NCBI GenBank assembly: GCA_050084515.1 | Contig: CM114271.1 | Span: 36,332,001 to 36,396,000, forward strand | Reading direction: 5' to 3' | Origin: Blasia pusilla | Taxonomy: Eukaryota | Length of the DNA: 64,000 bases | Shown: positions 26,784 to 39,544 of the stretch, in pieces | Layout of the letters: each line of letters starts with the position of its first letter | How positions within the stretch are numbered: the first letter of the stretch is position 1 | Notes under the pieces: model-generated | Told to the model about the DNA's origin: nothing | What the model saw: the letters and a program-made list of their open reading frames with translations, nothing else | The model's database searches: none | Position numbers and translations under genes: made by a program

Positions 26784-26833
26784 TCTATATAAATAAAAGA
26801 TGATGGGGTTAGAGGAAACCCTCCTCGAGTGTT
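26784..26833 (+). repeat. Second copy of the Helitron-like 5' end, inverted relative to 25090-25139
   Basis: tctatataaataaaagatgatggggttagaggaaaccctcctcgagtgtt is the near reverse complement of 25090-25139. Confidence 0.65.
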
Positions 26834-26914
26834 GATACTTGTCCTCTTAAGGCCCTTCTACTATTGAAACCTCTCCTCTTAAGGCGGGTGTATCATTTAA
26901 GGGCAATTAAATTA

Positions 26915-27095
26915 AGGGGAAAACCTATCACTCGTGAATCACAAGGGTAACATACTATTATGCTCATATTTGGAAGTGATGTAGTGAGTTGTGCTTAAAC
27001 CAAAAAAACTATTGCATTATCATCAATAGAAGCTAAATACCGAGAAGCAACCCTGAAGCAACCATTATAGCATGCAAATTAGTTTGGTTCAACAC
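26915..27095 (+). mobile_element. Ty1/Copia RNase H fragment (degenerate)
   Basis: Reads ..FGSDVVSCA*TKKTIALSSIEAKYREAT..ACKLVW, resembling the copia motif SWxSKKQxxVALSSTEAEYxA. Confidence 0.6.
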
Positions 27096-28999
27096 TACTA
27101 CATTTGTGGCAACTTTGCAAGTCACGCAAGCCACAACTCAATCATAGAGGACTCACAATAAAGTCCTAGTTGATTCCTTTACTCACAAACCTAGAAATTC
27201 AACTTGTAGGACATGACTACAACTTGGGTCAAAAAGCCCTTTTCTTACAATTGCAATTGTGTTGTAGTTTGACTGCAAAGAACTTGCAAATGTTTTGCAA
27301 CTCTGTGTCTTTCTTGCATGCAAATTGTGAGTCTGACTCATAATATGATATCAGACACTTGCAAGAGGCTTGTCAAATGATGGAGATTTCATAATTAAAT
27401 TCATGTGTGCAAAAATACTTCCATTGAATTCATGCAATATTTCAATCAAACAAGCTAGAGGACTAAATAAAGAATGAACCTTTAAGTACACATATCAAAT
27501 TTTGTACAAAAGTGACTGTGTGGTGCCATTGGCTCTAGTATGCCTCATCCTACCTACTATTCCTTGCATGTAGGGCTACATTGGACACTAGACGAGTACA
27601 AGGTTCAGCGTCCACAGAAGTCCCGATGGGCATTGTCGTAGACTGCTATGTCCACTACCATTTGTGGCCCTAGTAGGGATAGCGCCTCCCAATCCCATGT
27701 GGCAACCTGTGCTATGGATAGGCTGTGCACATTTGTCTACTAGGAGCACTATTTGTTGAGGATCTCATGCTCTACCTTAAAGAGGTTGGGTGCTCTATAA
27801 GGCAGATCTCCTCGTCCTCCAAGTCTTCCTTCTCCGCATCCTCCTCTCCCTCGCTATAGAAGAGGTGCTCTAAATAGTCATCTCCTCCTCTAACCTAAAG
27901 GGAGGATGAGAGAGGATCCTTAGTTTCAATCAACCTAGGCACAATTACCTATTTCCGCTCTTCCTCCATTCCGCCTCCACTGAGATGCGCCATCGTGTGA
28001 TGAATCAAACACACAATGTGGAGTTAGTATCTCTAGTGAAAATGACTAAATGGAAGAGACTATAGTAAGTCCTACTCACATTTTGAGGAACTTTCTATCA
28101 TCGCGCACTAGGATGTCATGGTTAGAGAAGACTTTTTTCTAAGTCTTTTGTCCACTATTATTGGAATAGATTTCTCTCTATACCTTGCAAACTACAATAA
28201 GACAACCACATAATGAGTACCCACTACATTCCTAGGGCCCTACCATGTGGAGCGCAACCTGTTGCGCCATAATGTGTGGCATAGAATGCAACACTAATAG
28301 GGTGATGTAGACCTTCACCGTGCAACTCTAACTAGGGGTGAGGGTAATCTCCCACCCATCAATGACATCCGCGATGGGAGCAAGGGAGCCTATGTCCAAC
28401 GGATCTTCCCAACCCACTCCAAGCATCAACATTATGACATTGGAGGCACGTTCATCGTGTTGATTAGCCACTGCCTCACGTTCAGAGCTAGTTGTGGAGG
28501 AGTTGGTGGACCTAGTGTTGGAGCTTGTGTTTTGGATGTCCACCATTAATTCATATGAGGTAAGCTAGTTTGGGAGAGATGCCAACTAGACTCGCTATAG
28601 AGTGCAACAGGATTACAGTCATGACCATACGGATTATGTCGTAGAGTATAGTGTGCTAGTAGGGGCCATACCTTATGTAGGACCGTAGTGGGTAGGTAGA
28701 GATGCGGTTTCATACATAGGGTTGGGGATTACTCAGTTGGGGGTGACTTTCCCAGTAGGGCCCGCTCTTAGGTTGGAGGATATAGTGTGGAGTGCACCCA
28801 AAGAATAGTCAGTTCTTTGAGTTGAGCCTGTTGCGTTGGGAGTTAGCCTTGGTAGTGAGTAGAGCTCTTGACTATGGTGTTTCCCGCAAGCTTCGACCTA
28901 GATTGTCCCATCGTTGAGTGGGTTTGGCTCGATGGTATGTGATTCTATACGTGTTTTATGAGAGTAGGTCTTTCATGGATTTCACTCAAAGAACTGCAG

Positions 29000-31914
29000 T
29001 AGATCGATGGTAGCTTCGATTGTGGATCAGTAGGATCTAGTTAGGGCTGATTGTGTACTCAGCCGTGGATATTCGTGGCTTGTGGCCTATGTTGGAGGTA
29101 GGAATCTGGTGCGTGGTTGCTTATGAAAGAAGCGCCTTGCTGAGAGCTTTCCAACGTGCTTTAGATCGCCAGATTTTGTCAAGGGAGTTGGAAGTTATCA
29201 AGGATTGAAGATTCTGGTTCGTGTTCGACGGTTTTCTGATGTGGAGAGCTTGGAGTGCGGAAGCTTTGTTGAAGTTCATCCAGATTGGGTGAGAGGTTCC
29301 TATTGCTACTTGTATTTTGATCTCATGTGAAGCTATCTGCTCAAGTGTGTGGAGCGTTGCGGATTTCTGCGTGCATGAAACTGGGCGGAAGCGATGTCGG
29401 ATTTGCAATTCTGGAGGTGTATGGACAGCAAGTTTGTCTGATTTTTAGCTCGGAGTACAAAGCTCGGTTGTAGCTGATCTGATTTTTGTGGAGAGATAGT
29501 TATGGTGGTCAATTGAATTTTGGTTGAAACAGATTCAATTTTGGTTGAGGATTTGTGGAGTAATTGTTGATCGAAATTTTGCGGACTAGCTCAAGGTTTG
29601 GCTATGGTGGATAGCGGATCGGAGGGGCTGGTTGGTTGGTGACTCGTTCATTGTTGGAGACGCCTATCCCATTAGGGGTGCCCTGGTTGGGCCTCTCTCC
29701 ATAGCGAAGCATGGCAAAGCGTGGCATGTCTCGGCGTTTTGAGGCTTCGAGGCAACTCGTGGTAGCTCGGGGCGAGTGGGCGTGAGAGGCGGAGTAAGGA
29801 GCAAGGAGCAAGCAAGCAAGCTTGCTTGCTTGGGCGTGAGGCAACTTTGCAGGATTTGTGATTTGAGTGTTGCATAACTGGTCACCCATCTTTGGGATAC
29901 TCTGCTTGGAAGACGCTTAACTGCTGAGGTCTTAACTATGCTAGTGTACACACTCGTGTAGCTCATTTGGTGTTCGGAGATGTGTTAGGCATTTTATGCA
30001 TCTCAAGTTTTTTGGTTGATGGACCTCTACCGCATACTACGGTGTAGCCTCTCCATGCAGGTGATATTTTCAGGTGTGCGAGTCCGACTCGCACGTCATC
30101 GACTCGTGGCGGAGTAGCTATTGCGTTAGAATTGTGTGGTGGGTTCTGTGGATTCAGGGGGCGCAACGTTTGGTGGATTATGTTACCTTGATTTCCATTT
30201 GCGATTGGAGGGTTGTCGTTGGACTTCCTGTGTTTGGATCCCCTCCATTGTTGCTTCTTGCTTGCGCGCCCATTGTTAGGGTTGACGCTGATTTCTAGAG
30301 TAGTGTTACAGGTGTGTGCTACCGGTAGTGAGGCTAGAGTGATGACAAGTAGACCGTGGGAGGCGCCTTGTGGTGCTGACAGGTTAGGTTGCCTACACCC
30401 ATAGCTAGTAGAGCTAGAATAGTACAGCGACATCAACGTCACTTGGTTACTTAGTGGTGGTAATTTGGAGGTGGTGCGGCATCGGCGTTGGTCATCACGG
30501 AGCTGTTTAGTGGTCTATTTGGGGATCGTGGTGCGGACAGAGGTGGTTTCACACGGAGTGGATTGAGGTATTGGCTACCTTTTCCACTTCCGACGGTTGA
30601 TGAAGAGGAGGAAGAGGGTGTTCCAAACACTGAGTCTTCTACGTTGTTATCGAGTGTTGCAACTCCATTGATTTGGGACATGGACGGGATATATGGGGCC
30701 ATGAAGGGCCCACGACGATACTCGGGTGCAGTGGGCACCCTTGAGTTGGAGGACTTCATGTAGGAGTTTGATACGTGGTGTGATATGCAGATGTTGCGGA
30801 ATGCCACGTTGTTTACTCCCTTCTTGGCTTGGAAGGGGTTGTTTTAGCACTTGGAGGGACCACCCATGGACGATTACCATGAGTTTAGAAGGACCATGTT
30901 ACTGAGATTGAGGCGTGGAGACAATATTGGTCTCCAGACTATGTGTCTATCACCCATGGTGGTATTGGTAGTAGTGCTCCTACTATGCGAGCCAGCCCGA
31001 CGTTGAGTGGTACGAGTACGAGCCGGAGTGGGGGTACCAGTGGAGGTACCCATGGAGGTACCGTGTGGGGTACTAGTGGAGGTACTAGTGCCCCACCATC
31101 GTTCAACCGGTTCTGAGAGTTCTTCAAGAGGTTGAAGAAGAACTATCAGGGAGTGAAGATAGAGAATTTGAGGAGTCTTCAGGAATTTGAGCGAAAGACT
31201 GGTGACAATCTTCGTGAGGCATACACTCGTATGCGACGCTTGATTTCAGTTATCCAAGGTGTGACTGAGGCTCAAGAAGTCCAGTTTTGGTATGGGATCT
31301 TGGACAGAGAGTTGTGCCGCAGGGTACGTGATGCTACTCTTATGAGTGATGATTCACCCACATTGATCCATGTGTTTGCTCTATCTGAGAAGATTGAGCT
31401 TAACATGGTGAAGGAGAGGGTGGTGACATCGGCATTCACTAGGGATACAACAACTACTTCTCGTGTTCAGCAGCCCACCTCACAATCTCGTAGTAGTGGT
31501 GGTGGTAGTAGTAGTGGAAGTCGTGGGGGATACACACGACCTCAGTCAGGTCCTAGAGGGACACTTGCACAGAGACCATTGCTTTCATTTGCTGCCCCGC
31601 AGCAAGGACAGTCATGTCGGACATGTGGAGGTGATCATGTTAGGAAGTTTTGTCCCCAAGAGGATGGGAGACGGACTTTGGAGGATGGGCCTCAGTCGGC
31701 CCAACTCAGTGTGATCATTGCGGGAGACCAGGTCATCCTCGAGAGCGTTGCTTTGATCTTCATCTTGAGTTGAGATCAGGCCGCGGCCGTGGTGGAGTAG
31801 CTCCGAGAGGCCGAGGTGGTAGAGGTGGTAGGGGTGATAGAGGTGGACAAGTGGTTGGAGAGCCTACGGTGGCTACCTCTACCACTATGACAGAGTCAGC
31901 TATGGCTGCCACGA
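29000..31914 (+). mobile_element. Gypsy copy C: leader and gag of a related subfamily, truncated after the RGG-rich region (left boundary approximate)
   Basis: Gag 30488-31910: GPRRYSGAVGTLELEDFM, KKNYQGVKIENLRSLQEFERK, two zinc knuckles (CRTCGGDHVRKFC; CDHCGRPGHPRERC) and RGRGG repeats. Homologous to the gag of copies A, B, D and E. Confidence 0.8.
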
Positions 31915-31983
31915 GAGGAGGGCAGTGAGACAGGCGATGTGGCAGAGACCTCTAGTGGTAGAGGGCCACCTAGCTTCAGCCCT

Positions 31984-34759
31984 AATGATACTCGCCGCGC
32001 GGTCTCATCTCTCTCCACATAAAGGTACTGATGCACCCGTATGCCCATCTGCAATACTGCAGCCAATCCGGTGCTAATCCCTATGAAGAGATCTAATACC
32101 CTAACACCCTCCTCTGGGCACTGCCACACAACGGGTGTGATATCCAATGGGGTCAACGTCTCCATGCCAAGAGCCCAATCGCCACGTGACTCTTGCTGCT
32201 CCGGGATAAAAGCATGACTCCACGCCTACCTCACGAGGTCGTGGGCACTCCTCTATAGCTCTCAAGTCGTACCCCACAATGGTGAAGAGGTCTTGCCAAC
32301 ATGGGAAGAGACACCCGCCATGGCCTGTCTCTCCGTTAGACTATTTGCTATTAGGACATCCTCCGCATGTGCGTTCCCCTCCAACAACTCTCTTGGCCAG
32401 CTAACTCTACATGTGAAAGCTCTGGGCTGATGGTGTGGGTCTCTCTCCTCTTACAATCCCATCATATGCCTCGCGACCACTAGTGGACACATACCCTGGA
32501 GCCCAATACATCCTCCAGACATCGATCTCTACTGAATATAGTGATCGAAACTCCATGTAGTCATCCATCGGAGGACCCTCCAAGTGCTAGAACAACCCCT
32601 TCCATGCCATGAAAGGGTTGAACCGTGTCGGCATCCGTATCTCTTGGAAGTCGCACCACGTGTTGAACTCATGGATAAAATCATCTAAGTCGATGGTACC
32701 CACTGCACTCGAGAAACGACGCATGCCCCGATGGCCCATGTCGTCCATCTCCTGCCAAGTACTACTATCTCTATCTGCGATCTCGTCACCCGACCCAGTA
32801 TCTAGTGATGACGATCGAGCCACGGATGGATGTCGAGGTAGCTCTTCACTGGTAACCCCTCGGTATCTCACTTCACTCCGTGTCACTTCACTACTACTGC
32901 TCGCACTACCCCGTTCTTCCGAATCCTGGAAGAACGCCGTGATGACAACCCTGTCTCACCCGCTCAAGCACTCAGACTCACCGAGAGTCTCCCACACTCC
33001 TCACTAGCTCACCTATGCTAACGTCAATCCCGTGATGACACACCCGGCCTCACGCATACTCAACACTCGGGCTCACCATAAGCCTCCCAACTAACTCACC
33101 TAACCTAGCGACACTCTCGGGTCATACATGCGACCCCTACGCGGCATCCGCCGTATATCCACCAACATGCTACACATGAAAAGAATCTACACTCGTCACC
33201 ATTGCTACACCCACCTAGCACCAGCTACTACCCGTGACCTAGCACTCCCAATCACACACGACAAGTGCGGGAAAAGGGATTCGAATGGGTAACCTAATAA
33301 CGCCCTCCAACCTGCTGCACCGTCAACATGCACTCCTCCACGTGATATGACAACCTCCGCAACACAACACTCTCCTCGACCAACAAGTCGATCCTCCCGT
33401 CAACAGATGCGGACAACCCGTTGGCATCATGCGCACTGCCCCTCCATTGTCAACTCTCGCAACGCCCTGTCGCGCCCCAAAAACATCATGTCCCGCAAAC
33501 CTCTCCGTCCATCCCCACACGCGGCATGTAACCTGACTCACCCTAGTCGGCTCCACTCCTACCACGTACGCCTTGTCCGACCACGTGAACATGACCCCGA
33601 CCACATCCGGCCTTGCCCGACCACATCCGCACTCTCAACCACGTAGCTCAACATCATCCACGTCCGCTGTCCAACTATGTCGGTCACTCACCACGTCGAC
33701 ATCCTCCCCGCCACCACGTTACCTAAATGGGGGCAACCTTGGCCCGCACCCCTATGGCTCCCTTGGGCCTTAAATGCGGGGAAAAAGGGGGGGGGCGTGG
33801 CCCGCATCCCTATGGGCCTCCCCAACTTTTGGGGAGAGAAATAAATGAGGGGGGGAAGACGTCTGGCCCGTGGCTTCCCTACGGGAGGAGAGGGGGGACG
33901 GGCGGTGGACGGGCACTCTTATGCGCCCGTCCATCGCCCGTCTCCCTAACCCTAGCCTTCGCAACCTAGCCGCCCTTTACTTGATAGCCCCCCGGCGGCT
34001 ACAAGCCCTAACTCTCCTTCCTGCAAAATCCTGACATTGGCGCTATTAGACGACGCTATACCTTCCGTCACAATCTGCGCTACATCCTGATGTTGTCTCC
34101 CATCAATCCGCACCAGCAAAATCTGAGAAAAATGGATTGCGCTTCCGCCCACGGCCTTCCAAACAGAAAATGACAAACACCCGCAACACACGCGTCTCCA
34201 GGGGCTCCCGACCAAGGCAACTCGCTTGCCTACCTGCAAACAACGAATTCCAACCAGCCCCCTGCCATCTTTCTCATGTAAAAATAAAGAGTAGTAAAAA
34301 CGGCACACCCGGCCTAAAACTCCACTCCTCAAACTACATTGGCATATTGAGCCTCGTCCACCCTGTGCTATCAAGGAATCCGGACGCTAGCACCTTAGTC
34401 CTATCTCACACACATACAAGGGAGGTGCTCCAACGGCCCAACATGAGAAAGATGGCTTAGGAAAACCATCTTCCTCTCTTATATAGGGTTGGGAAGAGCC
34501 AAAAGGCTCTTCCCCTAAAAATAGCCCTCTCCTTGGTAACGTGCGCGCATAGGTTACTAGGGGCGGATGACCTGGTCGACAAGTCACCCGGCTGTGAAAG
34601 ACCTCAACATGAAAGTTGTTAGAAATGACGTTCTTGACACAATGGATCTATCCTCAACCTCATCCGACACCGTGGGACAAAGTTACACTCAAGATAGTCC
34701 GTTGGCTCCTACGCCCTATCCACGATAGATCTCGACCCATCGGCTACTCACATGTGACA
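31984..34759 (-). mobile_element. Gypsy copy B: LTR-like segment, leader, partial gag, then a jump to the pre-DNMT linker and DNMT motifs I-II
   Basis: Gag ORF 32886-32587 (GTIDLDDFIHEFNTWCD..RFNPFMAWKGLF); EEGVRVLDLFIGISTGLAAVLQMGIRVHQYLYVERD at 32165-31984; leader 32420-33330 is an inverted homologue of 45950-46850. Confidence 0.82.
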
Positions 34760-35132
34760 ACCTCTTGAGTCTGTCCTCTACTACTCGCGAAGGGGCTCTA
34801 CTAGATCTCACCGATCTATCCTAAAAGACGTGAAAATTTTCATTCGCATACACATCGCTACACAACATACATCATTGTCACTGAACACGTACGATCCCAT
34901 GTTAACTCATGGCATCCAAACAACGAGACAAGAAGTACCAAAATATCTCCAATCACCCTCTTGCTGGTGGTTAGGTCCCTCTAACTCCAGATAGCCATCT
35001 ATCCCTACCTACCATGATATACATCTCTTAGACGCTAAGAGCAAGAAGGTTGGGTGCTCATGTGGCCCCATCGTTAGTCGCATTCTTGTCATTCATGTCA
35101 TAGACACAAGTCGGAATGTAGAACTACCTACG

Positions 35133-35278
35133 TTATGTACATCTGGGACACATCCATCATCCTTGAGGAACCCTAGTGAGAGGTGGCATCAAACATGCCA
35201 TATGCCATCCGCTCTAACAGTGATCACAGACTAGCATAGTGGCTGCACCCGCGAGCAAAATCACACAACATACATCGC
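35133..35278 (-). pseudogene. PHD finger at the C-terminus of the integrase
   Basis: RCMLCDFARG(frameshift)AATMLVCDHC*SGWHMACLMPPLTRVPQG*WMCPRCT-stop: C4HC3 pattern with the typical H-x-x-C-L-x-P-P-L..P-x-G-x-W-x-C-P-x-C tail. Confidence 0.88.
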
Positions 35279-35289
35279 AAGAGTGTAGG

Positions 35290-37480
35290 AACTGCTGGTA
35301 AGCTCGGATAAACTATACCGTCAATGTTTGGAAGTTGACACGGCGCACAATTACGCACATGGTCCTTCCAAACCATACCATCGCGTCCCTCCAATAAGAG
35401 AACACATGATGACAAAACCTCACGCACTCTGAAGATGGTGCGCCAGGCAGTCACATCCAACGTCGTGGGTGCCATCTGCTGCAAGTAGACATAGTCTCCT
35501 TGATGAAACCTCCGGATAGTAGGTCAATAACCACCTCCCCGTGTAGTCGCATACCTCAATGTATCCCGATGCTGCGCAATCACCAAGTTCTCAAACGCCA
35601 TGGGCATCACTCTACGGAATAATTCAGCCCTCTAAGAACATACTCGCATCCATACATCAGGGTCATCAAGGTTCAACACCTCACCAACATCTCGATGAAT
35701 GGCCGCAAGTAAATCTGGCTCTCGACCATACAAAACCAATTTCGTGCACCTACTCTCCTTGAACGTCAATCTTCGTGTTGCGGAAACGTACGTTCAGTAG
35801 GACACACTCTCATCGCCAACCTATACCCAAACGCACTCACGTTAGTCTGGCTTTGGGCCAAGCAGCCTTCCAACCCACTGAGTCCTCAACCCAGCATCTC
35901 ATCAAGCTCAACCTTCACTCATTCCTAGGTTTCCAACACGGGCAAGTCTTCCGAGACTTAGGACAGACTTTATGGTTAGTTGAGGTACATGAAACGGCGT
36001 TTGTGCGCCTAGCGGTCCCAACTGTCCTACAGACCTTGCATGAGCCCCTAACCCAAACTCAACGATATGAGTCGCAAGTTGGAATCCAATAGGGATCTAT
36101 GAAATTCCTCTATTGAACTTGGTTTGGATCTTGAAGCCCAACATCAAACTCACGATCCGTTCCGTGCCCTTGGGTCGCCTTGCGGCGCCCAAAGTGGGGT
36201 TTGAGTCCCAAGCACTCTTGGAGACCTTTCCCCTTACTAGTACTTCTGGGAAACTCCGGGCTCCCCCTACCTTTGGGAAAGACCACCCGGGCCCCTCTTT
36301 TTGGCCCTCAACCCGACTCCTCTTACAGTCGGTTTTGGCCCATATCTCAACCTCTCCGCAAGCATTTGCAAAGGTTTTAGGTGCGTTGGAATTGGCTTGA
36401 CATAAGACTTCCAACGCTACCTTATTTGTCCCAAAATCTTCTTGGGACTTAAAGTTATGGTCAAAAGTACAGTTGGAAACTCCCAACCGCTGCCCGCATC
36501 TCAAGTGTGGTTTTCACTCCTTGGCCACGTCTCATCCAAGACTTGACTTCTCTCAAGTCTGAGTACCGCATTTGGCTCTAATTTCCTAGTCCCGACCACA
36601 ACACACAAAACACTCGAAATGCTCGCCTCGCTCATGTCTCGCCCTTGTGTTTCCTTAACTCCCAAAGCGCAAACCATCCTAGCGTGAGCTCGCTAGATTT
36701 CGGATGTTTCGCTTGGCGCTTGTTTGGTTATGAGGGTCATGACAAGCAAGTACGGTGAGAAAGATGCTAAGGATGCCGACATGCTGTGTCTGTATTCCAT
36801 TGCCAACCATGGCAATTGGAGGTCCCAATTTCCTACGTGACCTTTCTACAAGCCATCCTTGCGTAATCCTCTCTTCATCGTCTGCACAACCCTCTCCGCT
36901 AGTCCATCCGCCTCAGGATGATCTCACGAAGTGGTGCGGTGGTCGATCAGTGCCTGATCACATAAGGCCTAAAACTCCCATGAAACTCTATATCTTGGTT
37001 TGTCAACACTTCATCTCGTGCACCGTAATGACTCAGCACTCAATCTAGGAAGGCACACGCAACTCCCTCACTCACTTTGTCAAGAAATGCAACCAACTCT
37101 ATCTACTTTGAGAAGTGGTCAACCATCACCAACACATAATGATTATGGCGCTCCATCAAAGACAAAGGTCCTGCAAAATCCAAACTCCATCTATAACCTA
37201 AACCAATGATCGGAAGTGGATGCAACTATGGAGTCAGAGCATTGAACGATGCTCGGACACAATCACACACCATGCATCTGGCAACAAACTGCTGAACGTC
37301 AGTTTGCATGCCTTGCCACCAATACTGAATATGGAACAAGTTGTATGCCCACTTCACTCCAAAATGACCCAACTCCTCGTGGGCATGACACACCAAATAT
37401 GCTCTCTCCGAAGGATGAGGCACTATACGCACTCTACCATCCTCCCACACTCCCAACACATGTGTCCCCTCCCATCGAAC
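35290..37480 (-). pseudogene. Gypsy integrase (HHCC plus DDE core), split by a 1005-bp insertion
   Basis: HEELGHFG..RCMVC zinc motif; WSLDFAGP; VLTNQDIEF; HPEADGLAER; FSPYLL|LYGREP reads in frame across the insertion. Confidence 0.9.
35740..36744. mobile_element. Solo LTR (1005 bp) nested in the integrase
   Basis: Ends tttcgtg (decayed tgtcgtg) ... catgaca; 5-bp flanks accaa (35735-35739) and agcaa (36745-36749). Removing it plus one TSD restores ccg tac ttg ctt ttg tat ggt (PYLLLYG). Confidence 0.8.
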
Positions 37481-37779
37481 CATCTAGCTCATTGTAGGAT
37501 CCCATCCCGCTCTCTAGCACCCACTGTGCTCGCGACGTTGCCAGTACGTGGGTACTCTAAGACCACTCCATCATCATGAATGTCTCGGCCACTTGTCGTC
37601 TCCTCACCGACCTCTGGATTTAAGGACTCTCCATCATACCTCGCCATCGAAGTCTCAGCAATCTGGCTCTCCATAGCCAACAAGCCCAAATAGGCTAACG
37701 CATGCCATCCTGGCACCAACTCCTCATCACTCTCACCATGCCAACAAGCTCCAGTTGCATCTCGCTCACTCGGGCATGG

Positions 37780-39130
37780 GTTACGGCTCAAACCATCTGC
37801 ATCTTGGTTGAGCGTCCTAGATCTATGGACCACATGGAAGTCATACTCCCGCAACAAAAGAGCCCACCTCGCAAGCTTCCTTGTAAGCTTGTCGGACTCC
37901 ATCAACCACTTAAGTGGATGATGATCAGTAATGATGGTAAAGGGATGGCCGAATAGATAACATCTGAAATGTGCGGCAGCCCACACTGCAGCCAAGCACT
38001 CACCCTCATATGAGCTATACTTCGCCTCTGCAGCGTTGTTTGAGCGACTAGCGTAAGCCACCACAAACTCTCTACCATCATCGTCATGCTAGGTGAGCAC
38101 GGCTCCAAGCCCCAACATGCTCCAATCGGTATGCAATTGGAAAGGACGCCCCCTGATCGGTCTCCTCAACATGGGCACGGACGTCAATCTGTCCTTGAGC
38201 ATCTGAAATGCTATCTCCTACTCAATCCCCTAGTGTCACTCTTGATCCACCTTGGTCAGCAAGGTCAGCGGCTTCGCAATCGAGCTGAAACCCTGGACAT
38301 ACCGTCGATATAAGTTTTCCAATCCCATGAATGCACGAACTCGACTCACATTTGTAGGGCGTGGAATGCGTGAAATAGCCTCTTCCTTTGTCTACTGCAC
38401 ACCAAGGCCCCCTGGGTATATTGTATGACCCAAATACTCAATCTGGTCGTAGAAGAACTTGCACTTGCCTGGATGTAGCTTCAGCCCATGTAACTGCAAT
38501 CGTCGAAATACCTCCTCTAGATGTCGCTCATGCTCCTCAACCGTGGCGCTAAAGACTATGATGTCATAAATATAACATCTAGCAAAATCTAGACCTACCA
38601 AGATCCTATCCATGACCCTCTAAAACTTAGCCGGGGCGTTCTTTAACCCGAACGGTAAGAACCGCCACTGGTACAAACAATCCTTCCCGTGAGGATCGAT
38701 GCCCAAAAATGCCGTCTTCTACATGTCCTCCAATCTGATAGGCAGCTGATGGAATCTGATGGCAAATCCAATGAATTGAAGACCTTTGCATGCCCAATCG
38801 CATCAAAGATCTCCTCAGGAGTGGGCATGGCATACCTATTGGACTTCGTTTGCCGATTGATAGGTCAATAATCTCCACACATCCGCCTATCCGTCTAGTT
38901 TCCATGCACATCCTTCTTGGCGGGCATGACAGTGGCAGATGCATACTCTCCATGCAACATCTCCACTAGTCTTGCTCCAACCAAGTCCTCGCTTCTACTC
39001 TGAATCAGAGCCCTCTCTATATCATTGTACCTGTAGGGTCGTCAAAAGATCGGCGTGTCACTCGAAAACTCAATGCGGATCCTTGGACCCTTCAACGTAC
39101 CCAAATCATACATACTAAATGCAAAACAAC
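37780..39130 (-). pseudogene. Gypsy reverse transcriptase and RNase H
   Basis: RMCGDY, YAMPTPEEIFDAIG..FNSLDL, LPFGLKNAPA, CYIYDIIVFS (YxDD decayed to YIYD, 38563-38574), KCKF..YLGH, LHTDWS..GLGAVL, VAYASR..YSSYEGECLA, ITDHHPLKWL, DADGLSR. Confidence 0.95.
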
Positions 39131-39544
39131 TCCTGTAACTCCTAAGGAACTGGTGTATCCGACGCCGCTCTCCTCCTGTCAACTTAGGACCCATATCTGG
39201 CTCCCAAGTCTCCATCGTGACTACGGTAGGGGTGTCAGTGGTTGCTATGGTACAACCCCGTCTAGGACAACAAAACTCGACTGCTCCCCTACAACCAACT
39301 GCAAAATCGAATCTCCATGTGCAGTACCCAGAACCGCACTCGATGTTGTGGCTACAATCTCCTGGCGTACCTTCAAAACATCCCAAGAAGTCCAAGGATG
39401 TCTCTCCCGATCATCCTTGATGTGTCGATCTCCTCGGGTCTCGCCCCCAGCCACTGCCTCAACTGTCTCGGTAGGCATGGGGCTCTCCAACGCAACTGTT
39501 GTGATGTGTCGCATCCTCAAACAACGCTGCTCAACTACTCCTAA

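Noticed and set aside
25090-26833. A single TIR transposon bounded by the ~50-bp inverted repeats
   Set aside because: No TSD was found, and the repeats look more like two outward-facing Helitron-type 5' ends.
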